NCBI GenBank assembly: GCA_016867235.1 | Contig: VGJY01000001.1 | Coordinates: forward strand, 4,038-68,037 | Source: Candidatus Tanganyikabacteria bacterium | GTDB lineage: Bacteria; Cyanobacteriota; Sericytochromatia; S15B-MN24; VGJW01 | Direction of reading: 5' to 3' | Length of the DNA stretch: 64,000 nucleotides | Part shown: positions 26,711-34,376 of the stretch, one piece after another | Position numbering within the stretch: position 1 is the first letter of the stretch | Layout: each line of letters starts with the position of its first letter | Made by a program: the position numbers and the translations under genes | The notes under the pieces: generated by a model | What the model was told of the DNA's origin: nothing | What the model saw: the letters and a program-made list of their open reading frames with translations, nothing else | The model's database searches: none

Positions 26711-28129
26711 ATGAAAGATCTGTTTTCCGAACTCGTCGCCTACGTCTCGGCGCTCGGCCTGACTTTCGGCTCGCCGGCGTACGCGCCTGCTCCGCCGCAG
26801 GAGCCGCAGGCCCGCCCCGCGGCGGCGCTCGCCAGGCTGGGCGAGGACGGCCGCAGGCCCCTCTCGTACCTCGAGGCGCAGCGGACCATCCCGGTCGAGC
26901 CGGGCGCGGCGCTCCGGTTCCCGCGGGGCTTCATGTGGGGCGTGGCGGTGTCGGGTACCCAGGTGGAGGGCAACGACCACCACTCGAGCTGGGCGGCATG
27001 GGAACGCATGGGACGCACCCGCGAGCCCAAGGGCCTGGCTACCGCTTCCTGGGAGCGTTACGAAGAGGATCTCGCGCTTGCCGCCCGCACGGGGGCCACG
27101 GCCTTCCGGATGTCGGTCGAGTGGAGCCGGGTCGAGCCGCGCCCGGGCGAATTCGACCACGCGGCGCTGGCCCGCTACGCCTCGGTCGTGGCCACCGCGC
27201 GGCGCCTGGGCATCGAACCGGTCGTCACCCTTTACCATTTCGCGTATCCGGCCTGGCTGGAGGGCGGCTGGGAAAACGTGGCGGCGCCGGCGGCGTTCGC
27301 CCGCTACGTCGAGACCGTGGCGGCCGCGTTCCGCGGGAAGGTGCGCTACTGGATCACCATCAACGAGCCGAACCTCGAACCCGGGCTCGGCTACCTGGTG
27401 GGCGTCTTCCCGCCGGGGCGGATGAGCCCGCTGGCCTTCGCGCGAGCCACCGAGAGCATCCTGCGGGCGCACGTGGCGGCCTACGACGAGCTGCATCGCG
27501 CCGATCCGGGCGCGCTGGTGTCCACCAACGTCTTCCGGATGGTGCGGCGCCAGGGCCAGGAGACCGTCACCTGGCTGCCTGCGATGGAGCCGGGCGAGGT
27601 GATGATGGACAGGCTCGCCGCGTGGGTGGACGCGCCGGGCGCCCGGCCGCGCCGGACGCTGGACTACGTGGCGTTCGACTACTACTACGCGTTCACCCTT
27701 CCGGAGTTCTTCCAGCTTGCCGATTACTGGCGGTGGCCGGTACACCCCCCCGGAATCTACGACGCGGCCCGCTACTACCATGACAGGTACCGGTTGCCGG
27801 TGCTCGTGGCCGAGAATGGCATGGCCGAGCAGCGCCGCCAGGTCCGCCCTGACGGCTGGACGCGCGAGGCGTTCCTGGTCAACCACGTCTACGAGTTGCA
27901 GCGGGCAGCCGCCGAGGGCGTGCCGGTGCTCGGCTACTTCTACTGGTCGCTGATGGACAACTACGAGTGGGGCTCCTACACGCCGACCTTCGGGCTGTAC
28001 CGGGTGGATCGCGACGATCCGCTCCTGCGGCGCAAGCCCACGCAGGCCGCCGACGTTTACCGGCGCATGGCTCGCGACAACGGCATCCCGGGAGATCTCC
28101 TCGACAGGTATCTCTACCGGCGATCGTGA
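26711..28129 (+). CDS. Glycoside hydrolase family 1 protein, tandem paralog
   Basis: Same motif set (FMWGVAVSGTQVEG, TINEPN, VAENGMA, YWSLMDNYEWG); paralogous to the upstream gene. Confidence 0.8.
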   Translation: MKDLFSELVAYVSALGLTFGSPAYAPAPPQEPQARPAAALARLGEDGRRPLSYLEAQRTIPVEPGAALRFPRGFMWGVAVSGTQVEGNDHHSSWAAWERMGRTREPKGLATASWERYEEDLALAARTGATAFRMSVEWSRVEPRPGEFDHAALARYASVVATARRLGIEPVVTLYHFAYPAWLEGGWENVAAPAAFARYVETVAAAFRGKVRYWITINEPNLEPGLGYLVGVFPPGRMSPLAFARATESILRAHVAAYDELHRADPGALVSTNVFRMVRRQGQETVTWLPAMEPGEVMMDRLAAWVDAPGARPRRTLDYVAFDYYYAFTLPEFFQLADYWRWPVHPPGIYDAARYYHDRYRLPVLVAENGMAEQRRQVRPDGWTREAFLVNHVYELQRAAAEGVPVLGYFYWSLMDNYEWGSYTPTFGLYRVDRDDPLLRRKPTQAADVYRRMARDNGIPGDLLDRYLYRRS

Positions 28130-28136
28130 CGGCTCG

Positions 28137-28391
28137 TCAGCTCGCCTGGTCCCGCCGCCACTTCTCGAGGTCGGACACCCGGCTCTCGAGCGACACGTGG
28201 GCATCGTGCAATCGACCGAGCGCATCCAGGACAGCCGCTTCGAATCCGGCGGTGCGGGAATCGGCTTCGACGATCTCCTGGCGGATTTCATCCAGAGACC
28301 CGAGAATCCGCTGCACGCCCGCCTGCCGCGCGTCGCGCTCCGAGGCGATCATCGCCGTCAGATCCTTGTATGCTCGGCTGAGTTCGTCCAT
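28137..28391 (-). CDS. Hypothetical small coiled-coil protein (~84 aa)
   Basis: ORF with good GC3; internal ATG start; no family assignment. Confidence 0.4.
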   Translation of the reverse strand: MDELSRAYKDLTAMIASERDARQAGVQRILGSLDEIRQEIVEADSRTAGFEAAVLDALGRLHDAHVSLESRVSDLEKWRRDQAS

Positions 28392-28572
28392 CTCGCTGAC
28401 CGTTGCTTGACAGCATACCATAGTGACGGCAGGAAGTCAAATTCCGGGATTCCGTGGGCTGCCACGTGCCTGTAACCTCGGCGGGACTCCCGGAACGCGA
28501 TCGGCAATCGGAAGATCCAGGAGCTCTCCGGGACGCTGTTCGAATACCTGGAGAGCCGATCCAGGCGGTAAC

Positions 28573-29337
28573 ATGGGCGATATGGAGAACCAAGACGTCG
28601 CGACGCTCGATCCCGTAAGTACTCCCGAGGCGCCGCCGCCGGACCCGGTCGAGGCACAGGCAGCCGATGCCGAGCTCGATCGGCTGATCGGCATCGTGCG
28701 GGAACCCCTGGCCAGGCTGGCCGTGCTGATCCACCGCATCCGCGAGCGGCGGCTCTACCAGGCGCTGGGGCACGAGTCGTTCGAGGCCTACATCGGCGGC
28801 AAGCAGCTCCAGTTCAGCCGCTCGTTCGTGTTCCAGCTCGCCAAGGTGGGCAAGATGCTCGACGCCGTGGGCGTCGATCCGATTGCGCTTCCCGAGCAGA
28901 ATCTGGAGATCACCAAGCTCGCCCAGATCGCGCGGCTGCCCGATCCGCTCGAGCAGCGGCAGATCATCGAATCCGGGGCCTTCGCGGCGGGCGAGGAAGA
29001 AGCCCGGCAGCTCGCCGACATCCCGGTGCGCGAGCTCTCCACGCTGGTAGATCAGCGACTGGGCAAGGAGCCGCGGGCTGGCCGGGGCATCCGCACGCTT
29101 TCGCAAACCTACGACGAGGAGATGCCCTGGGAGGGGCCCAACCAGTTCGACGACGCGACGGCGGGCGCCATCCCCCACCAGTTCGCCCGGGAACTGCGCA
29201 TTCCCGGGCCGGCGGACGGCGAGTGGCGCCGCCTGATCGACGAGCTGGGACAGGCCATCCGGCCGCTGGCCGGTCCCGAGCGGGACGACGCCATCAACGC
29301 CCTGTCGCGCCTGTACCAGGAGCTGGTGGGGTACTGA
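28573..29337 (+). CDS. Hypothetical protein (254 aa), possible HTH/DUF3102-like region
   Basis: Internal ATG (MGDMENQ...); LYQALGHESFEAYIGGKQLQFSRSFVFQLAKVG is reminiscent of DUF3102-type DNA-binding modules (weak). Confidence 0.5.
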   Translation: MGDMENQDVATLDPVSTPEAPPPDPVEAQAADAELDRLIGIVREPLARLAVLIHRIRERRLYQALGHESFEAYIGGKQLQFSRSFVFQLAKVGKMLDAVGVDPIALPEQNLEITKLAQIARLPDPLEQRQIIESGAFAAGEEEARQLADIPVRELSTLVDQRLGKEPRAGRGIRTLSQTYDEEMPWEGPNQFDDATAGAIPHQFARELRIPGPADGEWRRLIDELGQAIRPLAGPERDDAINALSRLYQELVGY

Positions 29338-29347
29338 CGGGGGCAGA

Positions 29348-29376
29348 TTGAACCGGCAGGACTGACGTGCTAGCAT
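29348..29376 (+). promoter_or_regulatory. Sigma-70-like promoter TTGAAC-N17-TAGCAT for vapBC; the -10 element lies 7 nt before the vapB ATG (near-leaderless)
   Basis: Direct reading of hexamers and spacing. Confidence 0.4.
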
Positions 29377-29383
29377 CTGATGC

Positions 29384-29629
29384 ATGCGCACCACCCTGAA
29401 CATCGATGACGACGTCCTGGCGGCCGCGAAGGAACGGGCGCGGCGGGAGCGCCGGAGCGCCGGGGAGGTCCTTTCCGAGCTGGCGCGCCGCGGGTTGACC
29501 GCCTCGACCGGCGGCCCGGGCGATGGCGAGGGTGAGGCGTTTTTCGGATTCCGGCCGCTCCGTCGGCGCACGGGCACGATCGTAACTACCGAGCTGATCG
29601 ACAGACTGCGCGACGAAGGCCCGTACTGA
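29384..29629 (+). CDS. vapB: Type II antitoxin VapB (ribbon-helix-helix)
   Basis: MRTTLNIDDDVLAAAKERARRERRSAGEVLSELARRGL; 5 nt before the PIN gene. Confidence 0.8.
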   Translation: MRTTLNIDDDVLAAAKERARRERRSAGEVLSELARRGLTASTGGPGDGEGEAFFGFRPLRRRTGTIVTTELIDRLRDEGPY

Positions 29630-29633
29630 ACCG

Positions 29634-30062
29634 ATGCGAGCCCTGCTCGACATCAACGTCCTTCTCGCGCTTTTCGATACCGGCCACCAATCTCATGGGC
29701 GGGCCCGGGAATGGCTTGAGCAGCATATCGAAGAGGGATGGGCCTCGTGCCCGATCACGCAGAACGGGTTCGTTCGCATCGCCAGCCTGCCAGCATTTCC
29801 GAATCACGTCTCACCCGCGGAGGCCGTCGATCGGTTGGCGGAGGCGACCCGGTCCGGGTACCACGAGTTCTGGCCGGACGACCTGAGCATCCTGGACGCC
29901 GCGGTGGCAGACCGAACGCGCATCCATGGCGCCAAGCAGATCACCGACGTCTACCTTCTGGCGCTCGCCGTCCAGCACGGCGGATGCTTCGTCACGTTCG
30001 AAGACCGGATCCCGCGCTCCGCGGTCCGCGGCGCGAAGCCGAGCCACTTGCTGACACTCTGA
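29634..30062 (+). CDS. vapC: Type II toxin VapC (PIN-domain ribonuclease)
   Basis: PIN domain with acidic residues (LLDINVLLALFD..., ...DVYLLALA...). Confidence 0.85.
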   Translation: MRALLDINVLLALFDTGHQSHGRAREWLEQHIEEGWASCPITQNGFVRIASLPAFPNHVSPAEAVDRLAEATRSGYHEFWPDDLSILDAAVADRTRIHGAKQITDVYLLALAVQHGGCFVTFEDRIPRSAVRGAKPSHLLTL

Positions 30063-30106
30063 CCGGCCCCGGCAACACCGCGGTGGCCGGGGCCGGATCC
30101 TGCCTC

Positions 30107-31348
30107 CTACTCCAGGTTCGCCAGTTCGGTCTTGACGATGCCGACCACCAGGTCGTCGAGGTTGTTTTCCTGGACCGGGCCGACGTGGTGCGGGGTGTCG
30201 CCGCCGTAGGTGATGTAGAGGAACTTGCCGCCGGTGTACTGGGCGAACTGCCGGAAGACGTACTCCCCCTGGTTGTCCAGGCCGGACGCGGCGATCGGGA
30301 AGATCTTGATGCCGGCCGCCGCCGCCTTGCGCAACTGCTCGGGATACGGGAAGTCCTGCGCGTAGTCCAGGTGCGGCGGGGCGTCGCCCACCACGAACAT
30401 CAGCCGCACGCTGTCGGTCTCGGTCCACGAGAGCTTGTTGATTGCGGCGTGCAGGGCTTCCTGCACGGCCTCCGGGTAGTCGCCGCCGCCCACGGCGGCC
30501 AGGGCCGCGAGGCGCTCCTTGAATGCCGGCAGGTCCTGGGTGAAGTCGTGGGTGCGGGTCACGAAGTCGTCGTTTCGGTCGCGGTAGGCGACCAGGCCGT
30601 AGCGGACCGCGAGCGATCCGGCCGGCAGGCTCTTGATGCGGGCCGAGATGTCCCCGGTGGTCTGCTGGATGCGGGCCAGTTCGTCGCCCATGCTGCCGGT
30701 CACGTCGAGCACGAAGGCGATGTCGAGCGTCTGCGGCACCGCGCCGCGGGAACCCGGCAGTGCGAGGGTCGCGCTGCGATCGGCAAGCGTGGACTCCAGC
30801 GCCATCTCGCCCTTGCGGACCTGCACGGCGAGATCCCCGGTTGCCGCGCCGGCGGGCGCGAAGACCAGGGCGCGGCCGTCGCTGCCGCTCTTGAGCGTCG
30901 CGACGGGGGACGTGCCGGCCAGGACCGTCAGGGAGGCGTCCGGCACGCTCTTGCCGGCGGCGTCCACCACCCGCACCACGAAGCGGTTCGAGACCTCCAT
31001 CCGGCGGACGTCGGGTGCCTGGTAGGACGCGAGGTAATCCAGATACCGCCCGAATTGGGCGTTGTCGTCGAGTTCGCCACCCTTCAGTCCCGACTGGCCC
31101 TGGCCTTTCTCGGGCGCGTATGCGTCGGACGCGACCAGTCCGGCCGCGCTGTTGCCCACCGCCGGCGCGCCCTCGGCGGACGGTCTCGGGAGGTAGACGG
31201 CGTCGGTCGGGGCGGAGCCCGGCCCGCCGCCGGCGGCGAAGCCCTTCGCGGGTACGCCGCCGGTCACGACCATGCCCGAGGCGCAACCGGCCAGCAGGGC
31301 CCCCAGCAACGCCAGGGAGAGCGGAGCGGCGAAGAATCTGCGTGCCAT
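30107..31348 (-). CDS. von Willebrand factor type A domain lipoprotein
   Basis: Lipobox LLAGCASG; VWA/MIDAS motif DIAFVLDVTGSMGDEL. Confidence 0.8.
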   Translation of the reverse strand: MARRFFAAPLSLALLGALLAGCASGMVVTGGVPAKGFAAGGGPGSAPTDAVYLPRPSAEGAPAVGNSAAGLVASDAYAPEKGQGQSGLKGGELDDNAQFGRYLDYLASYQAPDVRRMEVSNRFVVRVVDAAGKSVPDASLTVLAGTSPVATLKSGSDGRALVFAPAGAATGDLAVQVRKGEMALESTLADRSATLALPGSRGAVPQTLDIAFVLDVTGSMGDELARIQQTTGDISARIKSLPAGSLAVRYGLVAYRDRNDDFVTRTHDFTQDLPAFKERLAALAAVGGGDYPEAVQEALHAAINKLSWTETDSVRLMFVVGDAPPHLDYAQDFPYPEQLRKAAAAGIKIFPIAASGLDNQGEYVFRQFAQYTGGKFLYITYGGDTPHHVGPVQENNLDDLVVGIVKTELANLE

Positions 31349-31450
31349 CGGAAACCTCCTCGTGAGCGCCTTGACGCTCCAGAAGATGGCTTCCGGCAGT
31401 AACGCTACCGATAACGCGTTCCGGGTAGATCAGATTAAGATGTTGGCTCC

Positions 31451-32791
31451 ATGCAGCTAGTTGTCGGCATAGGAAAAGGCAAGCTAAGCGCCCACGTGGT
31501 AATCCCCGAGGGCTATCAGCCCACGGCCCTCGAGGTCCGCAAGTCGCTCCTGAACGCGGGCGTGACCTACGGCTTCCTCGAGGACGTGATCTCGCAGCTC
31601 GGCGATGAGGCCGCGCCTGGAGAGTACGAGGTGGCCAAGGGCGAGCCCGCCATCCAGGGCGAGGATGCGTCGGTCGAGTACTTCTTCCGTACGGGCAAGC
31701 CCGACCTGACGCCCCGCATCCTGGAGGACGGCAAGACCGATTACTTCAATCTCGGCGTGGCCGAGAACGTCCCGGAGGGGCAGGTCCTGGCGCGCAAGAA
31801 GCCGGCGGTTCCGGGTCAGTCGGGGCGGGCCGTGACCGGCGAGGAAATCCTGCCCAAGGGCGTCCGGGACATCCCGATCCGGGCCGGCAAGGGGGCGACG
31901 ATGTCGGCCGACGGTCTGGAGGTGATCGCCGACGTCCCGGGCATGCCGAGCATCTACCGGGGCGTCATCTCGGTGTCGCAGATCTTCGTGGTGGAGGGCG
32001 ACGTCGACTTCTCGGTGGGCAACATCGACTTCGACGGGCACGTCGAGGTCGCGGGCACCGTGCGCAACAACTTCCGCGTACGCGCCAAGGGAAACATCAT
32101 CGTGCAGGGCACGGTGGAGGGAGGAATCCTCGAGGCGGGCGGCTTCATCATGGTGATGGGCGGGGTACGCCAGAATTCCTCCCTGACGTCCGAGGGCGAC
32201 ATCCAGGTGAGCTTCATGGAGCACTCGCGGGCCCGGACGCCGCAGAACCTCTTCGTGAAGGACGATCTGCTCTTCTCCGAGGTGGACGTGGACGGGTCGG
32301 TGGTGGTCGAAGGGTCCCTGATAGGCGGCCAGTGCAAGGCCGACGTCGCGGTAAAGGCCGACACCTTCGGCAGCAAGATGGGCACGCCCACCCACGTGAT
32401 TCTCGCGCCGCGGGAGAAATGGTTCGGCGTGCTGCACCAGCACGAGGACCGCATGACGGACATCAAGTCCAACCTCGAGAAGGTCGAGGAAGGCATGCGC
32501 ACGCTCGATAACTTCCGCGAGCGGTACAAGGGGCTGCATCCCGACAAGGAAGCCCTCTACCAGCGGCTTTCCGAGGTGGCGACCGGGCTGAAGCAGGAGA
32601 CCGTCGAGGTCACGAAGCTCGTCATGCAAGCCAAGGCCAAGTGCGATTCGCTCCCCGACCCCAAGATCATGGTGCGCAAGTTGATCCATCCGGGCGTGCA
32701 TGTACGCCTCAACGACTCGTTTCTCCACAACGAGTCAGATCTCCTGGTTACGTCTTTGTACGAGGCGGAAGGGCGAATTCAGTACCTCTGA
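31451..32791 (+). CDS. FapA / DUF342 family protein (flagellar assembly protein A-like)
   Basis: About 450 aa with the characteristic Gly-rich beta-helical repeats (VEGDVDFSVGNIDFDGHVEVAGTVRNNFRVRAKGNIIVQGTVEGG...) followed by a C-terminal coiled coil. Confidence 0.7.
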   Translation: MQLVVGIGKGKLSAHVVIPEGYQPTALEVRKSLLNAGVTYGFLEDVISQLGDEAAPGEYEVAKGEPAIQGEDASVEYFFRTGKPDLTPRILEDGKTDYFNLGVAENVPEGQVLARKKPAVPGQSGRAVTGEEILPKGVRDIPIRAGKGATMSADGLEVIADVPGMPSIYRGVISVSQIFVVEGDVDFSVGNIDFDGHVEVAGTVRNNFRVRAKGNIIVQGTVEGGILEAGGFIMVMGGVRQNSSLTSEGDIQVSFMEHSRARTPQNLFVKDDLLFSEVDVDGSVVVEGSLIGGQCKADVAVKADTFGSKMGTPTHVILAPREKWFGVLHQHEDRMTDIKSNLEKVEEGMRTLDNFRERYKGLHPDKEALYQRLSEVATGLKQETVEVTKLVMQAKAKCDSLPDPKIMVRKLIHPGVHVRLNDSFLHNESDLLVTSLYEAEGRIQYL

Positions 32792-32921
32792 GCCCTGGTC
32801 TGATTAGTGGGAAATCCCCGACGAATCTTCAGACTTGTTCATATAGGATTCGTAATCGAGAGATCGGTTGCCGGGTATAACCGGTAATAGAGGCTATCCC
32901 GGCCTCCGGAGATCAGGTGCG

Positions 32922-34277
32922 ATGGGCGAAGATGCCGATAGCGGCCTGCTGCATACCTACACGGTAGAGGTGGCGCGTGACCGAATGTCCGCGCGCGTGG
33001 CCGTCAGCGTGGAGGGGAGGCGCCCCACCTATCTCGAACTCTCGGCGGCACTCGAGCGGGCCGGCGTCGTGTACGGGGTGGACGATGTCATCGTGCACCG
33101 GATCGCGGCGGGCATCGAACCCGGAGAGTACGTCGTGGCCAAAGGCGAACCCCCGGTGGCGCCGATCGACGGCCGCGTGGATTTCTTCTTCCGTACGGGT
33201 CCGCGCGTCCTGATGCCCAACCTCCTGGCCGACGGCCGCGTCGACCATCACGACCTGGGCGCGTTCGAACTGGTCGAGGAAGGCCAGTTGCTTGCCCGAA
33301 GAACGCCGCCGGTGTCGGGTCAGCCCGGGATGACCGTCACCGGCGAAGAGATCCCTGCCAAGACTCCGCGTGACGTGTCGCTGAAGGGTGGCCGAGGCAC
33401 CCAGGTTTCCCTAGACGGCTTGCTGGTATTCGCTGCGATCAAGGGACAACCGGTCTTCAGCCGGGGCCTCATCGTGGTCAACCCCAACTTGCGGATCGAG
33501 GGCGATATCGACTACGGCACGGGCGACGTCGGCTTCGACGGCAACGTCGAGATCCTGGGCGAGGTCAAGCGGCAGTTCACGGTCCGGGCCACGGGAAACA
33601 TCTACGTCCACGGCGCGGTGGACGGCGGCGTACTCCAGGCCGGCGGCTCCATCGTCGTGGAGGGCGGGTGCCGGGCCGGAGCCGTGCTGACGGCCGGATC
33701 GGACGTCCGCGCCCGCTACATCGAGTACTCGCGCGTCACCTGCGACGGGCACCTGATCGTCCGGGACGATCTGATGTTCACCCAGGTCGAGTGCGGCGGC
33801 ACCGTGCAGGTCGAGGGTGGTCTCGTCGGCGGCTACTTGGAGGCCGACATCTCGGTCCGGGCCGAGTCCCTCGGGAGCCGCCTGGGTACGCCTACCGAGA
33901 TCTGCCTGCGGCCCCGCGCCAAGTGGGCGGCCAAGATGCGCGAGGCCGAGGAGACCGCCGAGGAGATGCGGGCGCACATCGCCGAGATAGAGGCGGCCGT
34001 CGGCGAGGCGCGCGGCAGGCAACGGACCGACTTCGACGGCGTCATGACCAAGCTAGCCATGGCGCTCGACAAGTTCCGGGCCGAACTCGCGACCGCGACG
34101 GCCAGGCAACTGATGGCTCGCAAGCGCTTCGAGGCCCTGGGACATCCCAAGGTGTTCGTGACCACCGTGATCCATCCCGGAGTGCGCATCTTCCTCAACG
34201 AGGCCGTGGCGAAGTTCGAGTCCGACCAGCTATGCACCACCTGCTACGAGGAGGGCGGCAGGGTCCACGTCGCTTGA
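32922..34277 (+). CDS. FapA / DUF342 family protein, tandem paralog
   Basis: Collinear with the upstream paralog (IEGDIDYGTGDVGFDGNVEILGEVKRQFTVRATGNIYVHGAVDGG...). Internal ATG at 32922 was chosen by alignment with the paralog's N-terminus. Confidence 0.7.
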   Translation: MGEDADSGLLHTYTVEVARDRMSARVAVSVEGRRPTYLELSAALERAGVVYGVDDVIVHRIAAGIEPGEYVVAKGEPPVAPIDGRVDFFFRTGPRVLMPNLLADGRVDHHDLGAFELVEEGQLLARRTPPVSGQPGMTVTGEEIPAKTPRDVSLKGGRGTQVSLDGLLVFAAIKGQPVFSRGLIVVNPNLRIEGDIDYGTGDVGFDGNVEILGEVKRQFTVRATGNIYVHGAVDGGVLQAGGSIVVEGGCRAGAVLTAGSDVRARYIEYSRVTCDGHLIVRDDLMFTQVECGGTVQVEGGLVGGYLEADISVRAESLGSRLGTPTEICLRPRAKWAAKMREAEETAEEMRAHIAEIEAAVGEARGRQRTDFDGVMTKLAMALDKFRAELATATARQLMARKRFEALGHPKVFVTTVIHPGVRIFLNEAVAKFESDQLCTTCYEEGGRVHVA

Positions 34278-34376
34278 GCCGCCGGATAGAGATGTTGGTG
34301 ACGTTCGGCATAAGCGTTCGCGAGGGGCCCGATTTAGTGTTAGGATTGCCGCCCGAGAACCCCTACGAACGAAGGA

